Shown: positions 39,700-49,575, counted from the stretch's first letter. The stretch: 64,000 nucleotides of DNA from Spirochaetia bacterium (GCA_963662265.2 CAXXHA010000001.1:96001-160000); one strand, 5' to 3'. The notes: generated from the sequence alone by a model not told the origin. A program made the numbers and translations.

Positions 39700-40188
39700 T
39701 TATTCCAGAACAGTCTCTTCTGATATTACTATTCCATCTTTATAAATTACTATTTTCTTATACTTCATTTCATTGCTGCTTACATTGATCAGAGATGGAT
39801 CATGAAATGTTATCTCTTTCACTAATTGATTTTTTAAATAATATGAAAGGCTTTTATAAACACCTTGCATCTTGGTAGCTTCAGATAACTTGAAAAATCT
39901 TTCAACAGATATCAAATCCCTATTTTTCTTGCTGAAATATGTTATATGAAGAAAATAGGGAACTTCTTTAAGAGTAGCAAATCCATATTTTTCTTCAATC
40001 ATTATGAGATTATTTTCTTTATCATAGACTTTTTTAATATATTCACGATATGATTTATCATCAGGAACCATAACTATTGTCTGTCCACCAAGACTATTCT
40101 TTTTTACGATTTCCTCGGCAAATACGCCAGGTATCCTCATAACAAGCAACAAAATTATTATTACTTTCACATTCTGTAGAATACCCAT
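39700..40188 (-). CDS. hypothetical exported protein
   Basis: Signal peptide ending VFA-EE, 162-aa open frame. Confidence 0.6.
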   Translation of the reverse strand: MGILQNVKVIIILLLVMRIPGVFAEEIVKKNSLGGQTIVMVPDDKSYREYIKKVYDKENNLIMIEEKYGFATLKEVPYFLHITYFSKKNRDLISVERFFKLSEATKMQGVYKSLSYYLKNQLVKEITFHDPSLINVSSNEMKYKKIVIYKDGIVISEETVLE

Positions 40189-40529
40189 TCAAGATCCTCT
40201 GGAGAATTCATTCTTTTATATATTTTATACATACGCAATTCATAGTTACCATTGAGATACATAACCAGATCCTCAGTTTCATCGTAATTAATTCTCAAAC
40301 AGTCATCTATTATTTCGCCATTTCTTTGATAATTATAATTATCATGAAATAAAGTTACGTTATAAGATGTATCTCCTTTTTTTGTAATTAATATTTTACG
40401 TATAATAAAATTATCAGACCAATATTCATATTCACCGACCAGAGGATCATTTCCCTGACACAATGTTGTAAAAAGAAAAAACAGTAATAAATATTTAAAA
40501 ATATTAAGACTTTTGAACTTTTTATGCAT
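40167..40529 (-). CDS. hypothetical exported protein
   Basis: Hydrophobic N-terminus, DPLVGEY motif; overlaps the next gene by 22 nt; ATG at 40529 preferred. Confidence 0.55.
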   Translation of the reverse strand: MHKKFKSLNIFKYLLLFFLFTTLCQGNDPLVGEYEYWSDNFIIRKILITKKGDTSYNVTLFHDNYNYQRNGEIIDDCLRINYDETEDLVMYLNGNYELRMYKIYKRMNSPEDLEWVFYRM

Positions 40530-40599
40530 ATTTAACCTACAAATACCCGTATCGATGAAAAACCACATCCACACCTTTTCAATGTAGAACATCTATAAT

Positions 40600-40820
40600 A
40601 ACGGTGATTTAATTCTAATAAAACAGAGTCATACACCACTTTTATCATATTCATTAACAAGCTTCGTCGGGAATATCATCAATACTCTTACGATGCCTGT
40701 ATTCATTATAGGAGTTAAAGCATTCATCCACAATCCTTTTTATCTGTTGCTTTACAAACTCTCTTGCAAGATATTCTGTTATTATCGATTGTACGAATCT
40801 ACAGGATTTAAGCAGTAATA
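40600..40820 (-). mobile_element. internally deleted relic of the rve transposase
   Basis: GGAATATCATC..GATGCCTGTATT..TTTTTATCTG aligns with ~3015-3095 and is fused to ACAAACTC..TTCTGTTATT..TGTAC.AATCT aligning with ~3305-3375. Confidence 0.7.
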
Positions 40821-41135
40821 TTATCTTTGTCAAAATAAACTATCTATTACGAAAAATCTGTTTCAAATGATAATTCAGGTGGATTATTATAATTTATTTT
40901 TCGATCAGACTTAATAAAATTCTAAAATGAAATAATAAGTACAAACTAAAAACTTAAACAATAACGCTAACAATTACCATATTAGTTATATGCAATTATA
41001 TAAGCGTCACATAACCTTTACTTATTAATTATAGAAAATTAATAACTTTAAATTATGTAAAGTTATTAATTTTTATATTTTAATATCTCATAGTTATGGT
41101 ACAATAGATAATTAATATGAAATGAGGATTACATC

Positions 41136-42284
41136 ATGGAAATTACTAATCTAAAAAAAAATACATATCATCAGATACAGTATATCTGTATAATTATTTA
41201 TACAGTTTTAAACAATGCTCATAATCTAGCTCATTTGATTACCCGAGATTATTTTTCTCCAGGAATTGTTGTTTTCAATTCATTAAATGTTTTAATCCTA
41301 TTTGTAATTAAACTTCGTAATAAAAACTATCATCATGTAGCAGATCATCTATTTTTTTCTGTTTTTATTGTTACAGTAATGGCTATGAACTTTTTTGAGA
41401 AAAATCTTTTCTATCAGAATAATTTACTCTTAGCTTATCCAATAATAATATCAATTATGTTTTCAAGAAAAAGAAACATAATTATATATAGCTCGGTTGT
41501 AGTGATTTATTTTTCTATTACCCAATTTTTTTTCAGAGATAGCATTTCAAAAGAGTTTTTTTCAATTTTGCTAATATTTATCATTTTTATTGTTTCAGGA
41601 TATATTTATTCAGATTTTGTTCACAATCTTGAAAAAAAAGATAAAAAAGCTTCAACAGAGCTTTTTAATACTTCACTTACCCTTCTGGGGAGGGTTGCTG
41701 AATTAAAAGATGTTGAAACTCACAACCATCTGGTGAGAGTTCCTATTATCATAGAATTAATCACACAACGCCTTAAAAATCACTCCAAATATAATAAAAT
41801 ATTAAGTGGAAGCTATATTGAGAACATTATTAAAGCTTCTATCCTTCACGACATCGGAAAAATTGCTATTGATGATTCTATACTTTTAAAGAGAGGAAAG
41901 TTAAGTGATAAAGAATTCGACAAAATGAAATTGCATACAATTGTAGGTGCTGAATTATTACAGGATGCCCAGTTAAATGTAGAAAAAAAGGAATTATTTT
42001 CAGTTGCAATAGAAATTGCAAAATATCACCATGAACGATGGGATGGTCATGGCTATCCTGAAGGATTAACAGGAACAGAAATCCCCCTTGCCGCAAGAAT
42101 TATGGCAGTTGCTGATGTATATGATGCACTTATTTCAAAACGCCCCTATAAAAATGCGTTATCAGATGATGAAGCTTTAAATATTATAAAAGCAGGATCA
42201 GGTACACAGTTCGATCCTGCCATTGTAAAAAGCTTTACAAAAATTCATCATAAAATATATCCAAAAGTTAAAAAACTTTTATAA
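41136..42284 (+). CDS. HD-GYP c-di-GMP phosphodiesterase with membrane domain
   Basis: ETHNH..RV, LHDIGK, HHERWDGHGYP, ARIMAVADVYDAL..RPYK, GTQFDP; N-terminal TM helices. Confidence 0.92.
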   Translation: MEITNLKKNTYHQIQYICIIIYTVLNNAHNLAHLITRDYFSPGIVVFNSLNVLILFVIKLRNKNYHHVADHLFFSVFIVTVMAMNFFEKNLFYQNNLLLAYPIIISIMFSRKRNIIIYSSVVVIYFSITQFFFRDSISKEFFSILLIFIIFIVSGYIYSDFVHNLEKKDKKASTELFNTSLTLLGRVAELKDVETHNHLVRVPIIIELITQRLKNHSKYNKILSGSYIENIIKASILHDIGKIAIDDSILLKRGKLSDKEFDKMKLHTIVGAELLQDAQLNVEKKELFSVAIEIAKYHHERWDGHGYPEGLTGTEIPLAARIMAVADVYDALISKRPYKNALSDDEALNIIKAGSGTQFDPAIVKSFTKIHHKIYPKVKKLL

Positions 42285-42415
42285 TTATTTAATCTTATTA
42301 AGGTTGTAATGGAACAAAAGGATTCTTTGATTCAATAAACACTGTAAAAGTTAATATTGCCTAAAGTTTCCATCCTTTTTTACCTTTCTATGATATTTAT
42401 TCAATCAGCCTGGAT

Positions 42416-42580
42416 CCCGTAGTGTCGCTTTATTATGTCCGAACCTTGTCCTATGTAGAACTTCTATAAAAATGAGGATTCAATCCCAATAAAACATCAT
42501 CACACACCACCTTACCACGGCCAATATTCACAGGCATAACAGTTAACACATTCATCCACAATCATTTTATTACTTCTTAG
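42416..42580 (-). mobile_element. relic of the rve element 3' part with a variant end
   Basis: TCCCGTAGTGTCGCTTTATTATGTCCG end, then sequence aligning with 2911-2990 and 3060-3100. Confidence 0.7.
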
Positions 42581-42599
42581 AAATCAGAATAGGCGTTCC

Positions 42600-42640
42600 T
42601 GTACCGTAGTAAAATTATGTCTATTAAAATATTTATGCAT
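42600..42640 (+). repeat. orphan MITE-family left end
   Basis: TGTACCGTAGTAAAATTATGTC..AAATATTTATG. Confidence 0.65.
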
Positions 42641-42663
42641 GTTGGGTTATAGATGCACAAGGG

Positions 42664-42720
42664 ATTTATAATAAATATAGGTATTTCTCTCTCAAACAGA
42701 GAAAGTAATACCTATATTAA
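42664..42720. terminator. stem-loop downstream of the CMD gene 3' end
   Basis: AATATAGGTATT / AATACCTATATT inverted repeat with inner TCTCT/AGAGA. Confidence 0.5.
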
Positions 42721-42934
42721 ATAATGATTGAAACAAATTGTTTTTTTAATATAATTGCAATAATAAAATACTAAAAATTCCTTGTTAACAACTTTTCTAA
42801 ATTACTATTTCACGTTTAATTCTCATCATCAATCATGCCAACATCTTTTAACAGCTCCATGACAATTGATATGGAAATGGCAAGTCATTTTCCCCACATT
42901 TAGGAAATTAAAAATCCCCCACCTGCAGAAAAAA

Positions 42935-43675
42935 TTATACCCCCTTTTTCTCCTGAATTCTATATGAATCTCCCTCAAGGGAGAAAACATGCGCATGATG
43001 TAAAAGCCTATCAAGCATTGCTGTTGTCATGATTTCATCACCCATCATTTCAGACCACTGATCAAAACCTTTATTTGAAGTAATTATTACTGACGATCTT
43101 TCATAGAGTTCGCTGATAAGATTAAAAAAAAGATTGGCCTCTTTTCTGTCGATAGGCGTATAGCCTATTTCATCAATAATTAGTAACGAAGATCTGAGAA
43201 TCCTGTTTATTCTGAATGAACTTGATCTCATAGTTTCCATTGTTTTCAACAGTTTTATTAGTGAAGTTATCCTTTCAAAACAGACAGTGTATCCGGCTTC
43301 AATTGCCTTGTACCCGAGAGCAATTGATAGATGTGTTTTCCCAAGGCCGGGAGGTCCAAAGAACATGATATTTTCAGATTTATCTATCCACCTGAAATCC
43401 TTGAGATTATTTAACTGTTCTTCAGTTATCCCTTTTATTCTTGAAAAATTGAATGTCTCAAGTTCCTTAATTACAGGAAAATGGGCACCTGTAAGATTTC
43501 TATGAAGACGTCTTTCATTTCTGAAATGTACTTCTTCTGTAAGAAGGATGCTTAAAAAATCAAGATGAGATATTTTCTCCTTTGTTGCTTTTTCAAGTGC
43601 CTCATCAAGATTAACAGATATTCCTTTAAGCTTTAGACTATCAAGTATTCCTGTACAGTAATCAAAACAGCTCAT
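42935..43675 (-). CDS. istB: IS21 helper ATPase
   Basis: GPPGLGKT Walker A, LLIIDEIGY Walker B, SVIITSN, AMLDRLLHH, GDSYR. Confidence 0.96.
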   Translation of the reverse strand: MSCFDYCTGILDSLKLKGISVNLDEALEKATKEKISHLDFLSILLTEEVHFRNERRLHRNLTGAHFPVIKELETFNFSRIKGITEEQLNNLKDFRWIDKSENIMFFGPPGLGKTHLSIALGYKAIEAGYTVCFERITSLIKLLKTMETMRSSSFRINRILRSSLLIIDEIGYTPIDRKEANLFFNLISELYERSSVIITSNKGFDQWSEMMGDEIMTTAMLDRLLHHAHVFSLEGDSYRIQEKKGV

Positions 43676-45234
43676 AAAGCACCTCCTAAAAGACTTACAA
43701 GTGAGGTGTAGTAACTTAAATCCCTTTTCTTTACTTCTATGTTTTTATTCTCATGTTTTACAGCTTTTATTCCTGTAAGAAGCTGTGGCAGAATATCCGG
43801 ATAATTTTCAGTTTCACAGCTTCTTACATAAAGATAAGACTCTTCAAAATTCCTTGCAGATAGTGTTCCGTTTTCAATGCATAAATCTGCAGTTTTTGCT
43901 ATTAACTTATCATCAGGATTTGAGTTTATGAAAGCATAAAGCTCGCGCTGCTGATCTCTGTAATACCTGCTGTATTTTTTGTAATTCTGATCAACATATT
44001 GTTTCCATGAGTTACTGCTAAATCTGTTCTTTAATTTTTTGATAACTTCATCGGGCTTGGAATCATAATTCCTGAAATGATTATGTTTGGTTATTTTTTT
44101 CCCCTTTATCGGTGAGATTTTGTGCCTGGCAATCTCTTCTCCATCTATTTTGTCATAGATAAAAAGGTCTGTATCTGTTTGGTAAATCCAGACAGTTTTT
44201 TTTCTGAACCTGTTAGGGACAGAGTAAAATGAAGATGAAACACTTATCAATGATTTACTATTTACTTCCCTTGATTCTTTATTTATGATGCTTTCCCTTC
44301 TGAAAATAGACGGCTTTAATTTTTTAAAATGTGGAATCTCTTTAAGCAAAGCTTCTTGAGGAATTATTCCAGTTGCCTGGCATATTTTACCGTTAGCTCT
44401 TCTTGAAAGCCAATTATTTAATGCCTCCTGTATTTGATCAAAGGATGTGAAATGTCTTGCTGAAAAGAAACTGCTTTTGATGAATTTCACAAAGTTTTCG
44501 ACTTTACCTTTGCTCTCAGGGTCTGCTTTTCTGCAGACATACATCTTAAACCCCTGCTCATCCTTGAAGGCTTTAAATTCTTTTGTATACTTAATATCTC
44601 CGCTGTTTTCTTTAACAACCATGACTTTGTCCTGATCAATCACGATTTCTTCAGGTACCCCTCCTATTATTTCAAAGGTATCAAGTAAATGATTTATCAC
44701 ATCTATGGATTTAAACGGCCTCTTCTGTACTGCTGCATACTTGAATCTGCTTACAGATAGAATGACTCCAAAGATATATACTTTCTCACCGGTTTCTATT
44801 TCAGTTTCTCCGAAATCAAGCTGTAGTTGTTTTCCATGTGGAAGTTCTTCAACCGGTGTATAGATTCTCTTGTATTCGTAATTATCTACTTCTCCTGTTT
44901 TCTTTAAGAAAATGAGATAATTTCTCAAAGTCCTTTCAGTGCCGGGAAGTTCTCCATATTTTTCTTCAAGAACATCATAGATTGATGAAGTGTATATTTT
45001 ATTGTTATTTAAATTAAAAATATTCAGTATTTCATCTTTGAAAGGAGCAAAAATCTTTTCCTTTTCTACACTGTTTATCTGGTATTCAAGATACTCTGCT
45101 TCCGACATTTCAAAGTATTTTCTAACTGTTTTTCTGTCGATTTTTAATTCTCTGGATATTTTCCTTTTTGAATATCCTCTATTCTTGAAAACTCTTATTT
45201 TTTGGTACATATTCATAGTAATCATTTGAGTCAT
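43672..45234 (-). CDS. istA: IS21 transposase
   Basis: HTH (ISRELKIDRKTVRKY), QLDFG, IVIDQ, PESKGKVEN, YSVP; 4-nt overlap with istB. Confidence 0.96.
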   Translation of the reverse strand: MTQMITMNMYQKIRVFKNRGYSKRKISRELKIDRKTVRKYFEMSEAEYLEYQINSVEKEKIFAPFKDEILNIFNLNNNKIYTSSIYDVLEEKYGELPGTERTLRNYLIFLKKTGEVDNYEYKRIYTPVEELPHGKQLQLDFGETEIETGEKVYIFGVILSVSRFKYAAVQKRPFKSIDVINHLLDTFEIIGGVPEEIVIDQDKVMVVKENSGDIKYTKEFKAFKDEQGFKMYVCRKADPESKGKVENFVKFIKSSFFSARHFTSFDQIQEALNNWLSRRANGKICQATGIIPQEALLKEIPHFKKLKPSIFRRESIINKESREVNSKSLISVSSSFYSVPNRFRKKTVWIYQTDTDLFIYDKIDGEEIARHKISPIKGKKITKHNHFRNYDSKPDEVIKKLKNRFSSNSWKQYVDQNYKKYSRYYRDQQRELYAFINSNPDDKLIAKTADLCIENGTLSARNFEESYLYVRSCETENYPDILPQLLTGIKAVKHENKNIEVKKRDLSYYTSLVSLLGGAL

Positions 45235-45782
45235 TCCTGGTAGTTTTTGTCGTGATTACATACTAAGGTTTGACTCTTTTTTTTCCTATAGGGTGGGGAA
45301 TTTTATTTTCCATCCTATGGGGATTTCATGTTACCATTTCCATTGATATTTTAGATCCAGCCATTGATCCGCCAAGGGAAATCATTACAGAGCAGGTTTC
45401 CATAATCTCATTTATTGTTGCTCCCTCATCAATAGCCTTTTTTAATTGCCCGAGAATACACCCCTTACACCCCATAACAATAGCAGCCCCCATTGCCATA
45501 AGACGTTTAGTCTTAGTGTCAAGGACTCCTGGCTCATAAGTTTTATTGTAATGTGCCTGGTAAACTTCCCCCAGTTCCCCTTGCATCTCGATTACTTTCC
45601 AGAAATTATCACTTATCTGATTATACTCTTCACTGATATTTCCCATTATAATTCCTCCTTTGGGTATAAAACCTTATTTATAAAATTTTTAAAAAAGACT
45701 GATTCCGGGTATTGTATTTTTCATTTTATCCCCCAGTTGACTTTAATCTTAAGATAGACCATTTTTATTCATAAGGGAAACG

Positions 45783-45816
45783 AATAATATTGATATCAAA
45801 CATCAATATTATTGAT
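45783..45816. promoter_or_regulatory. LysR-type operator between divergent CMD and LysR genes
   Basis: AATAATATTGAT / ATCAATATTATT IR and T-N11-A box ATCAATATTATTGAT (45802-45816). Confidence 0.55.
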
Positions 45817-45834
45817 ACTAAATAAGGAGGAGGC

Positions 45835-46707
45835 ATGGAATTACCTTCTGATTTGTTAAGAACCTTCATTACAGCCGCCGACATGCAAAGCTATACAACT
45901 GCTGCTTCAATTGTGCACCGTACACAATCTGCGGTGAGTATGCAAATAAAACGTTTGGAAGAAATCACAGGAAAACAGTTATTTTTGCGCAATGGACGGT
46001 CCATGATACTCACAGAAGAGGGCCGAACCTTGCTTCATTATGCTCGTCGAATTCTAAAACTTCAAGATGAAGCTGTTGCAGCTATATTCCAGCCGGAAAT
46101 TTCAGGCAGTGTGCGGCTTGGCGCACCTGATGATTTTTCTGATAGACTGTTACCGGAAGTTCTTTCACGTTTTTCTGAGGCTTACTCCCAGGTTCAGCTT
46201 AATGTGTACTGTGATTCAAGTTCTAAGCTGCTTAAAGCTATGAATCATGGAGAGCTTGATCTGGTTATACATATAAACAATGATATTCAATCACGTGGAA
46301 TTATTATACATCATGAACCAGTGGTCTGGATTACATCAACCAAGCATTTAACACATGAAAAGGAACCACTGCCTTTGGCTGTTTATAATAAAGAGTGTAT
46401 TTACCGCCAATGGGCAACTAAATCTCTGGACAATCAAAGTAGAGATTATCGTATTGCATTCAGCAGTCCCAGCACCTCCGGAATTCTTGCAGCAGTCAGG
46501 GGGGGATTAGCAATAGCTGCAGTCGGGAAAAACAGCATCCCTGAAAATGTTCAGATTTTGGGACCTGATGAAGGTTTTCCAGAACTACCATCAGCTGTTG
46601 TCTCCCTGATCAAGGCCCCAGGATTACAATCCAAAACTGTTGATTTCCTATCAGATCATATTAGAAACAGATTTCATGAATTAAGCGTTATTGGGATTGA
46701 TAAATAG
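45835..46707 (+). CDS. LysR-family transcriptional regulator
   Basis: DLLRTF..SYTTAA..HRTQSAVSMQIKRLEE, VRLGAPDD. Confidence 0.93.
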   Translation: MELPSDLLRTFITAADMQSYTTAASIVHRTQSAVSMQIKRLEEITGKQLFLRNGRSMILTEEGRTLLHYARRILKLQDEAVAAIFQPEISGSVRLGAPDDFSDRLLPEVLSRFSEAYSQVQLNVYCDSSSKLLKAMNHGELDLVIHINNDIQSRGIIIHHEPVVWITSTKHLTHEKEPLPLAVYNKECIYRQWATKSLDNQSRDYRIAFSSPSTSGILAAVRGGLAIAAVGKNSIPENVQILGPDEGFPELPSAVVSLIKAPGLQSKTVDFLSDHIRNRFHELSVIGIDK

Positions 46708-46766
46708 ATCAAATAAGATCTGATACTGAATATATTTTCATCAAACAACAGTTTATACTTTAACTC

Positions 46767-46927
46767 TTATAGTAGTAAAACTACTTCAATAAAAATATTC
46801 ATGACTGGAGATTTGTGGGGATAACAAACATTTTCGCAGTCTGTAACAGAAATTAAACATATAATACATGGATAAACAAGAGAAATATTTTTTATTTTTC
46901 TCCACTGACGACTTATGCAACAGAAGG
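46767..46927. mobile_element. MITE copy C (degenerate left end)
   Basis: Left 36 nt align without gaps to copy A; interior ATATTCATG..GGGGATAACA..ACAGAAAT..ACATGGATAAA; right end CTCCACTGACGACTTATGCAAC. Confidence 0.75.
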
Positions 46928-47023
46928 GGAACATACATTTTAATGAACATATATTTTCGTTATTGATATAATATATCCCTTATTATAAAATAATTTATTA
47001 TAAAAAAAATTGGAGAATGAAAA

Positions 47024-47536
47024 ATGAAAAAAAGCCTTATTTTACTGTTATTATTAGTATTATTTTCATGTTCAACAACTGAAGAGAATATCTCAAATAA
47101 TGAGAATATTGCCATAGATAATTACTATGGTGAATGCTATAAATCAGATGAAGATCTGAACCTTAAAGTAACAATAAATAAGAACATTATGACATTCTAT
47201 ATTCTTGATGAAAACAAAAAAGTCATTTCTCCTATGATGGAAGCAACAATATCAAAAATATCAGATTCTGAAGCAGAAATTAATATCAATTCTGTATACT
47301 TTTCTGATTTTGAAATGGGAAAAGGCAGCGAATCTCCCTACAAATATAGCAAATTCACAAAAAAATCTTTAATAAATTATTATGTAGAGCAATTTGGCGA
47401 ATCAAAAGAAAAAGCGGAAAAAGAAGTTGAAGATCTATTTTATACAATTGATTATGAATATAAAATTTCTGAAGATGGTATATTAACTATAGATCCTTTT
47501 TCTGATGATAAAATGATATTTACAATAACAAATTAA
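47024..47536 (+). CDS. hypothetical lipoprotein
   Basis: MKKSLILLLLLVLFSC lipobox, GGAG RBS. Confidence 0.8.
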   Translation: MKKSLILLLLLVLFSCSTTEENISNNENIAIDNYYGECYKSDEDLNLKVTINKNIMTFYILDENKKVISPMMEATISKISDSEAEININSVYFSDFEMGKGSESPYKYSKFTKKSLINYYVEQFGESKEKAEKEVEDLFYTIDYEYKISEDGILTIDPFSDDKMIFTITN

Positions 47537-47608
47537 AAAAATCATGTATAATTCCTTTTCCGGATTACTGGAATTTAATAAAATATTCTTCTGTTTATAT
47601 ATAAAGGG

Positions 47609-48274
47609 ATGATTATGAGGGACTATGGTGTTGTTTTTGATTTTAACGGAACTCTTTTCTGGGATACAATCTATCAAAATAATTCATGGCATGAATACTT
47701 GAAAATACATGATGTGACTCTTAGCCAAAAAGAACTTGAAGAACATGCTCATGGACGAAATGCTATCGATACATTTGAATATATTTTTAAAAGAAAAGTA
47801 TCACAATCTGAAGCTGACAGAATGACTGAAGAGAAAGAAGTATTATACAGACAGGCTTGTGAGAAAGTTAATGTAGAATTAGCCCCGGGATGTATATCAC
47901 TTTTCAACTATCTGCTTGAAAAAAATATTAAGATTGCTATTGCAACAGCATCAGGTAAATCAAATATGAATTACTTCATTAAAAAGTTTGATTTGTTAAA
48001 ATACTTCAAGAAAGAGAATATTATCTACAACGATGGTACATCAAGGGGAAAACCATATCCCGATCTTTTTCTAAAAGCAATTAATTCATTAAATATTCCC
48101 AATGAAAATGTTATAATATTTGAAGATTCAAAATCTGGAATTGAAGCAGCAAACAGAGCAAATGTCATGGATGTAATAATTGTAGATTCAAATAATGATC
48201 AGTTTGATATGTATAATTACAAGAGAATTACTCATTACGATCAGTTTGACAGGTCGGTATTTGGTAGAGATTAA
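47609..48274 (+). CDS. HAD-family phosphatase
   Basis: VFDFNGTLFWD motif I (DxN variant), IATAS, GKPYPD, FEDS..GI.AA. Confidence 0.88.
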   Translation: MIMRDYGVVFDFNGTLFWDTIYQNNSWHEYLKIHDVTLSQKELEEHAHGRNAIDTFEYIFKRKVSQSEADRMTEEKEVLYRQACEKVNVELAPGCISLFNYLLEKNIKIAIATASGKSNMNYFIKKFDLLKYFKKENIIYNDGTSRGKPYPDLFLKAINSLNIPNENVIIFEDSKSGIEAANRANVMDVIIVDSNNDQFDMYNYKRITHYDQFDRSVFGRD

Positions 48275-48350
48275 AGCTTATAACAGAACTAAACGATACG
48301 TTCATTGAAGTACTGACTATATTACAGTAAAGTTTTTCGAGGTATGAAAC

Positions 48351-48935
48351 ATGACAAATGAACAAACTGGAAAATTGATTCGACGTTTACGATTGGAAAA
48401 AGAGATGACTCAAAAAGACCTGGCAAATATTCTCAATGTAACTGAACAAGCTGTATCAAAATGGGAACGGGGATTGGGGCTTCCAGATATTTCAATACTG
48501 CCTAAATTATCAGAATACCTGGAAGTCAATTTGAATGATATGCTGCTTGGAAGTTTGGATGAAAATGATATAGAAAAAAGTAAAATAAAGGAAATTAATT
48601 TTTATATTTGTCAATCATGCAACAACCTGATTTTCAGTACCGGGATACCTAAAATTTCATGTTGCGGAAGGACATTACAGAAATGTTTACCTGAGGAAGC
48701 AAAAGAGAAGGAAAAAATGATAATTCAGGAAGTTGAATATGACTGGTACATCACTTCTAATCATCCAATGAAAAAAGATAATTATATTTCATTTTCTGCC
48801 TTTATAGTAAATGGTAAGATTGAAATCTTTTCTCATTATCCTGAATGGAATTATGAATTAAGACTTCCAAGAATAAGTAAAGGAAAACTGTACTGGTATT
48901 CACAAAAAGAAGGTCTTAAATATCAATTATTATAG
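48351..48935 (+). CDS. XRE-family HTH protein with desulfoferrodoxin-like C-terminal region
   Basis: MTQKDLA..VTEQAVSKWERG; FYICQSCNN..SCCG; HPMKKDNYISF. Confidence 0.85.
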   Translation: MTNEQTGKLIRRLRLEKEMTQKDLANILNVTEQAVSKWERGLGLPDISILPKLSEYLEVNLNDMLLGSLDENDIEKSKIKEINFYICQSCNNLIFSTGIPKISCCGRTLQKCLPEEAKEKEKMIIQEVEYDWYITSNHPMKKDNYISFSAFIVNGKIEIFSHYPEWNYELRLPRISKGKLYWYSQKEGLKYQLL

Positions 48936-48957
48936 ATTTATTAATTAGCTAATGTAA

Positions 48958-48977
48958 TTCAAATTATTCCAGCCCGA
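48958..48977 (+). repeat. degenerate copy of a tRNA 3' end (possible att relic)
   Basis: TTCAAATtattCCAGCCCGA versus tRNA-Pro 2749-2768 TTCAAATccgcCCAGCCCGA; 16/20, ungapped. Confidence 0.4.
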
Positions 48978-48999
48978 TAAAGACAAGTTGAAGATTTTT

Positions 49000-49100
49000 T
49001 GAGTTTACCCCACAAAACTGGACAGTGAGAATCAATTGTATAAGACAAAACTTATCTATTGCTGCTGATTAAAGTTCTTCGAGATATTTTTCTACTTTAT
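49000..49100. mobile_element. IS3-family end remnant
   Basis: TGAGTTTACCCCACAAAACTGGACA resembles IS3-family IRs; no transposase ORF follows. Confidence 0.45.
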
Positions 49101-49115
49101 CATCTTTCATAATTC

Positions 49116-49502
49116 TTATTTATAATATTGAACAAATTCTTCAGAAGGTTCCCTATCCGAATAAACATATACAGAGTTACCAATAGGATCAACAACAGAA
49201 AAACCACGGTCCCCCCAGGAGTGGTCTTCCAACGGCATGGCAATAGTTATGCCCAGGGATACCAGGCGGTTATATTCTGCATCAACATCATCAACATTTA
49301 TATTTATCATTATTCCATTCTCGGAAAAAAGCGCTTGTGTCCCCTTCGGCTGCATGAATTGAAGTGAAAAATCAGTTTCCAAAAGGGAGATATTTATATA
49401 CCATCCACAATCAAAAGTCACTTTACCGGAAAAATATTCCTTATAAAAAGAAATACATTCCTCAACCTTATTGGTAAAAAAACAGAAAGATAAGCTGTTC
49501 AT
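49116..49502 (-). CDS. VOC/glyoxalase family protein
   Basis: VDDVDAEY..L, EDHSWGDRGF.VVDP.GN. Confidence 0.9.
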   Translation of the reverse strand: MNSLSFCFFTNKVEECISFYKEYFSGKVTFDCGWYINISLLETDFSLQFMQPKGTQALFSENGIMININVDDVDAEYNRLVSLGITIAMPLEDHSWGDRGFSVVDPIGNSVYVYSDREPSEEFVQYYK

Positions 49503-49575
49503 AATCGCGCCCCCATTTCAGTAATATAGAAAAATGATAATAGAAATATTTTTTTTTGTATTGTAAAAATGCGAA

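Larger units (their letters stand above)
42872..45342 (-). mobile_element. IS21-family insertion sequence
   Basis: TG..CA ends, IRs TGGAAATGG(C/T)AA....(T/A)TCCCCA, 6-bp TSD TTGATA at 42866-42871 and 45343-45348, istA-istB pair. Confidence 0.95.
42816..45646 (-). pseudogene. carboxymuconolactone decarboxylase (CMD/AhpD-like) gene interrupted by IS21
   Basis: 5' part 45343-45646 (GVLDTKTKRL, GCKGCI, GATINEI); removing the IS and one TSD gives ...SKISIVMELLKDVGMIDDEN* ending at 42816. Confidence 0.88.

Noticed and set aside
42600-46927. Composite element carrying CMD + LysR between ends at 42600 and 46927
   Set aside because: MITE C has its own degenerate left end at 46767, so pairing with 42600 is not required; possible but unsupported
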